Notes under the pieces: model-generated
Seen by the model: the letters and a program-made list of their open reading frames with translations, nothing else
What the model was told of the DNA's origin: nothing
The model's database searches: none
Part shown: positions 56,023 to 64,000 of the stretch, piece after piece
How the letters are laid out: the number at the start of each line of letters is the position of its first letter
Position numbering within the stretch: the first letter of the stretch is position 1
Made by a program: the position numbers and the translations under genes
Virus record (IMG/VR): IMGVR_UViG_3300038415_000320
Strand: one strand, 5' to 3'
From: an uncultured virus (IMG/VR IMGVR_UViG_3300038415_000320)
Lineage: Duplodnaviria > Heunggongvirae > Uroviricota > Caudoviricetes
Length of the DNA stretch: 64,000 nt

Positions 56023-56604
56023 TCAGTATTTCCTGACTTCCCATACTACTGCATTTCTTCCAGGCGTGTCCCCGACACAATGGCTGAAAACTGAAAACTC
56101 CAAGACATGGGCTGGATACTTGTCAAGTAGCACTAGCCAGTCTTCATATGAAGATGGAGTCATCGCCATCCTCAATAAAAGATCGGCTCTAAGATTGTAA
56201 GCAGTTTCTGGAACCGCCTTTAAGGCGTCCCGCATGTGAAGTGGCTCTTTACTATAGTAAAGATAACTCCACACCGGCCGGTCTTCCATGACGAAGATGT
56301 CGTTCAAATATTCGCCTTGTAGGACAACTTCGTTCTTTGGCATCGCTTCATTAAGCATAATCCGATCGGTGGGGATTCCCAACAGACTCCAATCGGCAAT
56401 TACTGAAGCAACTTGGTCCGGTTTCAGGTCGTAAACACACGGACCGCCACCTTCCATCAGCGATCTTAATACTACCAACCCCGTAAAACCACTGGCTTGC
56501 CACTCGGCAATAGATCGCCAAGATCGTAACTTGTTGCCAAATGCCCCAGACTGCCACAATTGGTAGTTCTGTCGCTTGTTCAAAATGTCGACTGACTTGT
56601 TCAT
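56023..56604 (-). CDS. Hypothetical phage protein
   Basis: 193-aa ORF, G.FGN..R.W, EFS.F...G, WEVR.Y. Confidence 0.6.
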   Translation of the reverse strand: MNKSVDILNKRQNYQLWQSGAFGNKLRSWRSIAEWQASGFTGLVVLRSLMEGGGPCVYDLKPDQVASVIADWSLLGIPTDRIMLNEAMPKNEVVLQGEYLNDIFVMEDRPVWSYLYYSKEPLHMRDALKAVPETAYNLRADLLLRMAMTPSSYEDWLVLLDKYPAHVLEFSVFSHCVGDTPGRNAVVWEVRKY

Positions 56605-56903
56605 ATAATTTGCCCGTAGATGGCAGCTGCAAGCTTCTTCTCAGCGTCCTGTCGCAGAACGTTCAATGCCTGCATCACTCTCGTAGCCCGAGCTTTAAAA
56701 TCATCCGACGCGGACGGATTACGATCAGGACCGAAACACCTGGCATAATGCTGACAAGCACTCCTGAGAAGATCTTCGGGTGTGATCCCATCTTCGGACT
56801 TTAAATCTCCAAAAATCTGCTCGGGCTCCATAGCAGCTAAAATGACCTCCGAAGTCACAACACGCATTTTCGACTTGAACACTTCACACCTCAGCTCACA
56901 CAA
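56601..56903 (-). CDS. Degenerate J-domain-like protein (HPD changed to GPD)
   Basis: PE..FG, YA..FGPDRN, A......LN. Confidence 0.4.
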   Translation of the reverse strand: MCELRCEVFKSKMRVVTSEVILAAMEPEQIFGDLKSEDGITPEDLLRSACQHYARCFGPDRNPSASDDFKARATRVMQALNVLRQDAEKKLAAAIYGQII

Positions 56904-56918
56904 TAGTTTTAGAAACGT

Positions 56919-57215
56919 TCATGGCTTCTCTCGACAGCGTACAGCTGGATAGCGAACAATCGCTGCGGCCCCCATCAACATCATGAGATCTTTCGTTGCG
57001 GGTTTTCCCCGCGCAAAATCCTCAATTGCTTTCAACAAAAACGCAACATCCTCAGCTGCCGCTGCTTGATTCGCAAGATCTAAACCAGCACCTGACGATT
57101 CACTAGCACAAACTGAATCCGATTCATCGGATGACACTGCAGCCATGTACTTGGCAACTATCCCATCATTCGATTTTGGCATGACAGCCATATATCTGGC
57201 GACGATTGGATTCAT
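56919..57215 (-). CDS. Hypothetical protein with a short internal repeat
   Basis: IVARYMA / IVAKYMA. Confidence 0.5.
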   Translation of the reverse strand: MNPIVARYMAVMPKSNDGIVAKYMAAVSSDESDSVCASESSGAGLDLANQAAAAEDVAFLLKAIEDFARGKPATKDLMMLMGAAAIVRYPAVRCREKP

Positions 57216-57445
57216 GGCAACCCTTTCTTGAGCACCTTCAAGGTCTCCTTAACTGATACCCGCACCACACGCCAACCAAAACGAACCCCAACCTTCCAGT
57301 CCGGCAATGGATCGGGTGCTTCCATTGAAAACAACATCGGATAGGCTGCAGCCACCCCTAGCGAAATAGCCTTGTCAAGCCTATTCGCAATCTCATGTGC
57401 GTACAGCCGAATCCTGGATGCTTTGGAGCTTTCAATCGCCTTCAT
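57212..57445 (-). CDS. Hypothetical protein
   Basis: Promoter and RBS upstream. Confidence 0.5.
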   Translation of the reverse strand: MKAIESSKASRIRLYAHEIANRLDKAISLGVAAAYPMLFSMEAPDPLPDWKVGVRFGWRVVRVSVKETLKVLKKGLP

Positions 57446-57508
57446 GTTCCTCGCCTTAGATGAAATATGCTTTTACAACCCCTAGAATAAAGTGTCAAGC
57501 GCTAAAAA

Positions 57509-58681
57509 CTAGGAAAGTTTCATGCTCAACGGACGACCCTTTTGCACAAAACCCTCTGGTGGATTCTCTTGTAATACGACAGTCCCCTCCTCATCCTGAG
57601 GAGCCTCATCGGTTGAGTTATCCTCCTCTTCAACACTCTCTGTCGCCCCAAACGCCACAACAGCCGATGAATCGTCGTCAGCGCCTTTAGATTGCACTCC
57701 CAGAAGCTGTTTCTGAAGCTCTACCGGTCGAACTGCCGACTCTTCACCGCTCATCTCTGTAGGCACCTTATCTATAGCATCAGTTAACGACCCAACTCGC
57801 TCGCCTTGCTCTTTTTCTAGAGAAGTCGCCATCTCCGCATGCTCAGCTAACATCTTGGCAATCAACCGTTCATCAGCCGACATCTGACGCCTCATAAGCT
57901 CCGCCATCGAGGTATCAAGATTTTTCTTGCCGGCTCGCAGTAGACGCTCCAGCTCAAAGTAACTAGCTCCCATGCCACTTACCTTCACACAGATAGCCTC
58001 TGTATGAGAGGGGACTCGAAAATGATGGTAGAGTCTCATGGCCCACACCGACTCCAGCGCCTTGTAAAAGCCCCCCATGACCGTCGCCCTTGACGACAGA
58101 GGCGCATGCCGCCAATCTAGGCCATCATCGAACGCCTTCTCGTCGACCATCCCCCACGCCGACACAAACATCACCGTCGCAAGCCTGCCGCGTGGCGTAT
58201 AAGCCGTATACAAGGACTCGACAAAGTCAGGGTGTGCCCAGGTCTTGACCTTTAGCGACGCCAAAACGCGCTCCGTAGCCTCTCGCAAGGTCTCACCCGG
58301 CTGCACATCCGTGCCTGGCAAATCCAAAGTGCCATCATCCTCACGAGTTACCATCGCGAAATCATACGAGTTCGGCAACATGGGCTGGGCCTCTGAGTGA
58401 CAACCTTGCTCATCCTCGTTATTGTCCGACAGCCGAGCTATCGCCACGTACACACGAGAGATCTTCGTCATCGCAGATTCAGGATATTCAGGAGGCACTT
58501 CACCAGGCTCCTGACGCCACATGTAATGAGCTATCACCGCACAGGCTTCACAAATCCCTTGATTTTCTTTTCCCCGAACAAAAACCGAAATGCCCTTCTG
58601 ACAACACAACACACACTTCACCTCTGGATCTAACTGGAAGCTGTGATCCCATGGTGGATTGTAAGGCTTCTTGTCATCCAT
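57509..58681 (-). CDS. Zn-finger plus degenerate Nudix-like domain protein with an acidic tail
   Basis: CVLC...ICEAC; LPG..V.PGET..EA..R. Confidence 0.5.
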   Translation of the reverse strand: MDDKKPYNPPWDHSFQLDPEVKCVLCCQKGISVFVRGKENQGICEACAVIAHYMWRQEPGEVPPEYPESAMTKISRVYVAIARLSDNNEDEQGCHSEAQPMLPNSYDFAMVTREDDGTLDLPGTDVQPGETLREATERVLASLKVKTWAHPDFVESLYTAYTPRGRLATVMFVSAWGMVDEKAFDDGLDWRHAPLSSRATVMGGFYKALESVWAMRLYHHFRVPSHTEAICVKVSGMGASYFELERLLRAGKKNLDTSMAELMRRQMSADERLIAKMLAEHAEMATSLEKEQGERVGSLTDAIDKVPTEMSGEESAVRPVELQKQLLGVQSKGADDDSSAVVAFGATESVEEEDNSTDEAPQDEEGTVVLQENPPEGFVQKGRPLSMKLS

Positions 58682-59073
58682 CAGCTACCCCATCCATAAT
58701 CCTCTTCAGGCTTACCCCGCCGCTGCTTGTTGCTCTTGCTCCGAGGTCTCTGCTCGAACCGCCCCCCAGTCTCAGCTCTCGATGACTCCCGCGGAGCTAC
58801 GCGCCCCCCGCCCCCACTCGGCCGCGCATCCTTGGCCTCGTTTGCAAACAAGGTCCGTCCTTCACAAACAGCTCCAGTCAAGTCTCGAATCGCTTCGGCC
58901 GCAGCCTCTGGCGTCTCGAACTCGACAAACGCAAAACCACGAGATCGCTGAGTTTCACGATCTTCGATCACCTTGACCGATCGATAGGTAAAACCCAAAT
59001 CTGAAAGAAAATCACTCAGCTGCTCCGTTCGAACCGACCATGGCAAGTTGCCAACAAAAACCTTGTTCGTCAT
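58681..59073 (-). CDS. RRM (RNP-1) RNA-binding protein
   Basis: VFVGNL (RNP2), RGFAFVEF (RNP1), Gly/Arg-rich tail. Confidence 0.92.
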   Translation of the reverse strand: MTNKVFVGNLPWSVRTEQLSDFLSDLGFTYRSVKVIEDRETQRSRGFAFVEFETPEAAAEAIRDLTGAVCEGRTLFANEAKDARPSGGGGRVAPRESSRAETGGRFEQRPRSKSNKQRRGKPEEDYGWGS

Positions 59074-59384
59074 TTGCTTCCCTCAGTTGTCCCTTCTTGA
59101 GACCTCAATTTAGGCGTATACATACCATTTATCCCATTTTCAGGCGACACTTCACAGCCGCCCACTTCAAACACCCGAACTTCAATAACAGGCGGTTTAT
59201 AACACATCGCAAATAAAGCCGACGTTTGTTTCTTTTCAACCAACAGTTCATGATATTTAGACTCCATCTGCGCCCTGGTTGTTAGCCAATTCCATAGCTC
59301 CCAAGCATCATGAGCCGAGGCTATGTATTCACAGACAACTGTTTCCCTGGGGTCGATCCTTGACCATTTGACTAGGTATAACAC
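59070..59384 (-). CDS. Hypothetical protein
   Basis: Coupled ORF. Confidence 0.5.
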   Translation of the reverse strand: MLYLVKWSRIDPRETVVCEYIASAHDAWELWNWLTTRAQMESKYHELLVEKKQTSALFAMCYKPPVIEVRVFEVGGCEVSPENGINGMYTPKLRSQEGTTEGSK

Positions 59385-59418
59385 CGTTTAACTCCATCAT
59401 TTAAAGATCTCCCAATAA

Positions 59419-59841
59419 TCAATCATCGTCATCATCCTGTAGTATGGGCCGGCCTCTACCAGAAATCATACTTGGTTCATCTCTAACTCCTAATCGGCCC
59501 AATCGAGACCCTGTTGGCATACCAGTACCAAATCGACCCCTACTTGCCCCAGATGGTCTCGCTGGCGGCACATACTCGTCTGGATCTGCTCCTAACTTGT
59601 TCGCCCCCGAAATGCCCCTCAGATGATCCTTGAAACGCTTCGCCATTAAGCGGCGCTCAACATCAGGCGAGCCCGTCATGGACGCCGGCACTTTAAACGG
59701 TCCCGCACGCCTAGCACGTCCCAGAATGGACTTGGGCACAGACACTACCGGCTTATGCTGAAACAACTTGGCCACCACCTCCAAAGGACCAGCAGACAAG
59801 CCTTCTGCCACACGACCATTTCTGCCCGATTTAATAGCCAT
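59419..59841 (-). CDS. Basic Gly/Arg-rich hypothetical protein
   Basis: 140-aa ORF. Confidence 0.5.
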   Translation of the reverse strand: MAIKSGRNGRVAEGLSAGPLEVVAKLFQHKPVVSVPKSILGRARRAGPFKVPASMTGSPDVERRLMAKRFKDHLRGISGANKLGADPDEYVPPARPSGASRGRFGTGMPTGSRLGRLGVRDEPSMISGRGRPILQDDDDD

Positions 59842-59851
59842 CGCCTATCCC

Positions 59852-60310
59852 TCAAACAGCTACAAGATGACTCTTGCGCACAATAAACGGCGTTCGCTGT
59901 CCTCTCCTCACTGTGATCTCACCGGACGACAACACCTTCACTACCACCAGCTCATCTAAAAAACCTGGATCTTCTTTCAGCACCTTTTCAAAGGCCGTCT
60001 CATACTTGTCACGGTGCTTCGCTGCAACCGCAACCATTTGACCCTCGATATATACCAACGCTGATGATCGCCGAGGCGGAACAAACCTCGATGTCACGAG
60101 CGTATCAACCTCCGTTTTTAATCTAGCGATGTTCTGAATTATCGCTCCGGCAAGGCGCACCTGATCTGCCAACGATTCATCATCCTCCACCACCCACGAC
60201 AACAAACGAGAGTTCACAAGCGCTGCATGTCGCTCAAGCTTCAATACATTGCGCTGCAATCGAATAACAGGGGTACTACGTCGATATTGGGTTTTCGGAG
60301 AACGAGCCAT
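59852..60310 (-). CDS. Hypothetical protein
   Basis: 152-aa ORF with RBS. Confidence 0.55.
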   Translation of the reverse strand: MARSPKTQYRRSTPVIRLQRNVLKLERHAALVNSRLLSWVVEDDESLADQVRLAGAIIQNIARLKTEVDTLVTSRFVPPRRSSALVYIEGQMVAVAAKHRDKYETAFEKVLKEDPGFLDELVVVKVLSSGEITVRRGQRTPFIVRKSHLVAV

Positions 60311-60313
60311 TTA

Positions 60314-60613
60314 TCAATCCTTCTTCCTGGCTGGCACTAAAGAAATGAGACGAACAAGTTCGCTGACGTCAAACGGAGGTGGCTTGTTGCTTCCACTCTC
60401 CAGAAAACTCGACTCATCGCCATAATCCTTAAGCCGCTCATACAGAGCACGACTCAGCGTCTCCAAGGTAAGATCTCGACCAGTACGATCACAGATCACC
60501 TGTACATCACCGTCCTCGACCACCAAATCAGCAAGAGCAAGCATCGACAGATACTTGGTATCGCCCGTTCGATGCAACTTACGATTCACATACTTCTTGA
60601 CTTGAATTGGCAT
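60314..60613 (-). CDS. PhaR-type (PHA synthesis regulator) DNA-binding domain protein
   Basis: VKKY.NRKL......Y......L..LV......V.....G.DLT..TL. Confidence 0.75.
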   Translation of the reverse strand: MPIQVKKYVNRKLHRTGDTKYLSMLALADLVVEDGDVQVICDRTGRDLTLETLSRALYERLKDYGDESSFLESGSNKPPPFDVSELVRLISLVPARKKD

Positions 60614-60674
60614 TCGAGATTACTCACTTCCATGTTGAACGCTAACTACAGCCCCACTGAAACCTGATCAAATG

Positions 60675-60944
60675 TTAGTTTTTGAAAATCGAGTCGAAAT
60701 TTACACCAGAGACAGCAAGAATAGCATTAAATTCATTCCATGTTGACAACGCCTCACCGCCAGTTACCAAAAACTGTTGGTAAAGATACAGCATGCAATT
60801 GCGCACCTCTTGTAATCCTATCTCGGCTACAGCCTTCTTATAGGAGTCCTTAAAATGAGAAACCAAAAACTTCAAGTGGGAAACACACTTGACAAGATGA
60901 CCTCTCGCCATTTGAAAACTCTTGTAATCAGACTCGTCAAGCAA
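60675..60944 (-). CDS. Hypothetical protein
   Basis: ORF in the array. Confidence 0.4.
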   Translation of the reverse strand: MLDESDYKSFQMARGHLVKCVSHLKFLVSHFKDSYKKAVAEIGLQEVRNCMLYLYQQFLVTGGEALSTWNEFNAILAVSGVNFDSIFKN

Positions 60945-60947
60945 GGC

Positions 60948-61322
60948 CTACACACGATCGCCAACCACATCCGCTGGTGCCAACTCGCACACATTCAAAG
61001 TGTCCTTTACCCGTAGAGAGACCCTCGGCGCCAACTCAATAACCATATCCCGATACAAATGCATCTCGTCCACAGCATCCAAAACAGCAGCCGCTTGAAG
61101 ACGAAGAATCTGCTCATAGTAATAAACCACCGGAACAGTCAATACACTCGTTCCTTGCACCTCTTGATCGCCCGACGACTCGGCCGATGCTTCACTCTTC
61201 GTCGCCGGTTTATTGCTAGCACTCGGCTTATCGGAGCAATTCCGATCTGAACTGGCCTCCAATGGAGAACGTCCTAATCGACAAACCTTTGTTTTCTTCG
61301 ATGCACTCTTCATCTTCTTCAT
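60948..61322 (-). CDS. Hypothetical protein
   Basis: ORF with GGAG RBS. Confidence 0.5.
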   Translation of the reverse strand: MKKMKSASKKTKVCRLGRSPLEASSDRNCSDKPSASNKPATKSEASAESSGDQEVQGTSVLTVPVVYYYEQILRLQAAAVLDAVDEMHLYRDMVIELAPRVSLRVKDTLNVCELAPADVVGDRV

Positions 61323-61342
61323 GATCTTCTCCGATTTGTCAA

Positions 61343-61873
61343 TCAGCCCTGCGGCCCTCGCCTTGATTCAATCTCATCTTGCAACTCAGTCGCCAGTGTT
61401 CGACATTGCCTAATCACCGATCTGGTCGACTCCATAATGCCCTGAAACTTGTTCATCTTCGACGCCAGTGTATGCAAAATCACCACCACCTGACCCATCT
61501 CGTTCATAATCTCGACGTCTAAAGCTGGTGTTTGCACCGTCGCCGTCACACCAAACTGACCCGCTGAATACGTCTCAGCAATGCGAGTTAATCCCACATG
61601 AGATGGCAGCCCCGGCAAAACAGGTGGCGCATACGATGGAGAAACAATCGCTAGCTTCGTCGAAGATGCCACTGGAGAAGTAGCTGGAATAGACTCAGGC
61701 GCTGCTACCACCACCATGGCCCGCTCACAAGCCGCACAAGTAGCGGCTCCACGTGGTACCAATCGTTGACAGGCACGGCAAGCCAACTGTGGCGCAAATC
61801 CAGCCTTACACGATAGGCATTGATTAAAGCCATCAGGTACTTCGTTCTTACAAATTGAACAGAAAAGACTCAT
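61343..61873 (-). CDS. Double zinc-ribbon protein
   Basis: Four CxxC motifs, then a coiled coil. Confidence 0.6.
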   Translation of the reverse strand: MSLFCSICKNEVPDGFNQCLSCKAGFAPQLACRACQRLVPRGAATCAACERAMVVVAAPESIPATSPVASSTKLAIVSPSYAPPVLPGLPSHVGLTRIAETYSAGQFGVTATVQTPALDVEIMNEMGQVVVILHTLASKMNKFQGIMESTRSVIRQCRTLATELQDEIESRRGPQG

Positions 61874-61877
61874 GTTC

Positions 61878-62579
61878 CTACCTGCTCAACGGCCAAACCG
61901 CCGAACCCAAAACGGGCGATGATTCATACAGAGCCAACAAGTAGTCACGAGCTTCCTGATTCTCAGCCTCGATAATATAGCCTTCAGAAGTCGTCGCTGA
62001 GATACCAAGGCCTCCCATGCCACTGATCGAACGAATGGCCTTGGCTAGCGCAGCTTCATCGTAAGAACACTGCTCGATAAGCACCGCTAAGACAATGGAC
62101 AAATCGCCTTTGTGAATAACCCCCAGAGCCGCCAATGGATCTACCAACCACATCGCCAATAGTCGCAATTGATATCGCTTGAGCTGAGAAATCGTCTTTA
62201 CTTCTCGACTCGGCTCCGCCTCAAGATCTGTCATGGCCCATCCCTCGCGAGACAACACAGTCAAATACGAGGTCAGATCTTCAAGCTTGCAAACCTTCGC
62301 CACCGCATTCACCATCCACGGGTCGACCTTCTTTTGTTCGAAAAAGGCACCTCTCAACAATGAATCGATAATCTGCTGGTTTTTATCAGCATCAGCTGAT
62401 TCTTGATTTCGATACACAACAACTGCCATACCGTTGATTCTACCTTTCACGGTATACCGAATCCTCGGATCTGCAGTCTCATCCCAAAAAACCGACAGGT
62501 CTTCAGAATTGTACCGCAACTCCGTCGCCACTGAACGCAGCACTGACTCTGGATTGAAATCACTAGATACAATGGACAT
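61878..62579 (-). CDS. Hypothetical protein
   Basis: 233-aa ORF with AGGAG RBS. Confidence 0.55.
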   Translation of the reverse strand: MSIVSSDFNPESVLRSVATELRYNSEDLSVFWDETADPRIRYTVKGRINGMAVVVYRNQESADADKNQQIIDSLLRGAFFEQKKVDPWMVNAVAKVCKLEDLTSYLTVLSREGWAMTDLEAEPSREVKTISQLKRYQLRLLAMWLVDPLAALGVIHKGDLSIVLAVLIEQCSYDEAALAKAIRSISGMGGLGISATTSEGYIIEAENQEARDYLLALYESSPVLGSAVWPLSR

Positions 62580-62589
62580 GTGTTAGCTC

Positions 62590-63405
62590 CTACAACTTGA
62601 GGCGATCCCAATCGAGAGTGATCGCTTCTTTTATCGTTGGACTCAACTCAAACGTTTCCAAACTCTGATTGTATGACGCTGCCACGATCTTACCAACATG
62701 AAACCTAGACCTCAACCAAACCAGCGCTGTCTGAATCGAATCCTGCAAGCAATACCGACCTACACTCAGCTGGATGCTCTCCAGATCGCTGTTATGATCT
62801 GCTACTGAATCGTTGTAGATCTTCTCGATAGATGCCCCCGACATGTCCGTCTTCCCCGGCAGCCCCATCAAACGAGCTGCATCGTGAAGCTTCATCGGCC
62901 TCGTCGCTCCATAATCCGACAGAAAATCCATAAGGTCAAAATGACCTTCCGTCGAATACCGATAACGAACATCCTTGGTGGCATAGTACCAAGCACAAGC
63001 AATTCGATGCTTAAAGGATCGCATCGCAATCACCGGCAGATCGAAAGTTCGACCATTCCAGGTCACCAAATGAACATCCGGCGCCATCGCTCCCACAAAC
63101 GTCGATAACAATCGATGCTCATCAGCATCAAGTGCCACTAGATCGCGAGACCACCGACACTCTGAATAACACCTGAGATATTGATACTTGGGCGTCGCTC
63201 CCGGATCGAAAGACACATCCACATAACTAATCGCAACCACCCGCTGAGCATGCGGCGGTGGAAAAGCTTCAACCTTCACAAGCTCCATCCCACCCCCACC
63301 TCTTGATGCCTCAGGATGTATCGGCATCAACTTGTAGACCGGCTCCCCCGGCGTCCATACAAGAAAATCTGGAATCGTTTCAATATCCGTAATCCGAAAA
63401 ATCAT
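62590..63405 (-). CDS. PolB-related 3'-5' exonuclease (DEDDy)
   Basis: DIET, LVTWNG..FDLP, H.DL.D, YC..D. Confidence 0.85.
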   Translation of the reverse strand: MIFRITDIETIPDFLVWTPGEPVYKLMPIHPEASRGGGGMELVKVEAFPPPHAQRVVAISYVDVSFDPGATPKYQYLRCYSECRWSRDLVALDADEHRLLSTFVGAMAPDVHLVTWNGRTFDLPVIAMRSFKHRIACAWYYATKDVRYRYSTEGHFDLMDFLSDYGATRPMKLHDAARLMGLPGKTDMSGASIEKIYNDSVADHNSDLESIQLSVGRYCLQDSIQTALVWLRSRFHVGKIVAASYNQSLETFELSPTIKEAITLDWDRLKL

Positions 63406-63485
63406 CCAAACACACTTTCACCAAAAATAGATGGAGATGTTGAAAGCACTGATATGTTTTTACTCCTCAGGAACCAAAGTGTCAA

Positions 63486-63956
63486 CTACTCGTTTTTCGC
63501 TCTAGTGCCGGGCGTCGAAGCCGACGAGCCGTCTCTCAACCCATCCTCGTCTAGTAGCGGCAACTTTACCAACCGCCGAGCCAACTGATAACCCCGCCTG
63601 TATGCTCCATCATCCTCAGCGTTTTCCAGATCTAACCTTACCTTGCGAGGCGCATATTTAGACTTGACTTTTTCGCGATGCCGCTCAGAACCGTCTGTCT
63701 TCTCGGACCTCGCTAACACCAAACTCAACGATTGAGTCATCACCGCCGATGCCGGCAACTCCGACACTACTTTTCGGTCTGACTTCTTCCACGGCCACAA
63801 CTTCGAAAACAACCCTGCCTTTTCAGACTCTTCTGAAAATGTCTCCGGGACCGGTGATGGAGCCTCAGTCGTCTCACTCTTCGGCTCTCTCGCATTCCGC
63901 CTCTTCCTCCCAAACCGTTCAGGCTGTTGCTGCATCATCAGCTCGATGATAGCCAC
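63486..63956 (-). CDS. Hypothetical charged protein
   Basis: 156-aa ORF. Confidence 0.45.
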   Translation of the reverse strand: MAIIELMMQQQPERFGRKRRNAREPKSETTEAPSPVPETFSEESEKAGLFSKLWPWKKSDRKVVSELPASAVMTQSLSLVLARSEKTDGSERHREKVKSKYAPRKVRLDLENAEDDGAYRRGYQLARRLVKLPLLDEDGLRDGSSASTPGTRAKNE

Positions 63957-64000
63957 GGTAGCGCCCCGCCGAAATGAATCTAGATAAACCTCCGGAGGGG

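Noticed and set aside
1..64000. tRNA/rRNA genes, cas1/cas2, terminase, portal, tail genes, DNA polymerase, integrase
   Set aside because: None recognised by eye. Absence applies only to this window and needs tRNAscan/HMM confirmation

Overview
This 64 kb window looks like part of a large bacterial virus or virus-like element. It is gene-dense, rich in ORFans and mostly co-oriented, and it contains no rRNA, tRNA or housekeeping operons. No terminase, portal or tail genes are recognisable. From left to right: (1) 1-176 is the 3' end and right-end hairpin of an IS200/IS605 tnpB element. (2) About 0.2-7.0 kb (minus strand) is a putative virion module. It has a papain-like peptidase, a transglutaminase-like Cys protease, small beta-rich paralogs, a membrane protein and a 200-aa candidate major capsid protein. 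That protein's beta-sandwich domain recurs in a tandem-domain protein (9.3 kb) and in a J-domain fusion (44 kb). (3) An orphan AbiEi-like wHTH gene follows, with a perfect 20-bp inverted operator pair. (4) About 10.7-28.2 kb is a glycosylation/modification island with about 8 glycosyltransferases (including two GT10), 6 radical SAM enzymes, 3 methyltransferases and an oxidoreductase. (5) About 30.8-44.7 kb holds two diverged tandem copies of an early-gene/sRNA/cell-wall-hydrolase/amidase block. At their junction is a stand-alone type V CRISPR-Cas locus: 27 repeats of 36 bp plus a 642-aa Cas12m (V-U1)-like effector that keeps a canonical D-E-D RuvC triad, with no cas1/cas2 in the window. (6) About 44.7-64 kb encodes a MoxR AAA-VWA pair, two more GT2-TPR paralogs, a HAD nucleotidase, SspB-, PhaR- and RRM-like host-type regulators, a chimeric Dam/ThyX ORF and a PolB-type exonuclease. 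All family calls come from motif recognition by eye and no database search was run. A deltaproteobacterial/Myxococcota-like host is only a weak inference.
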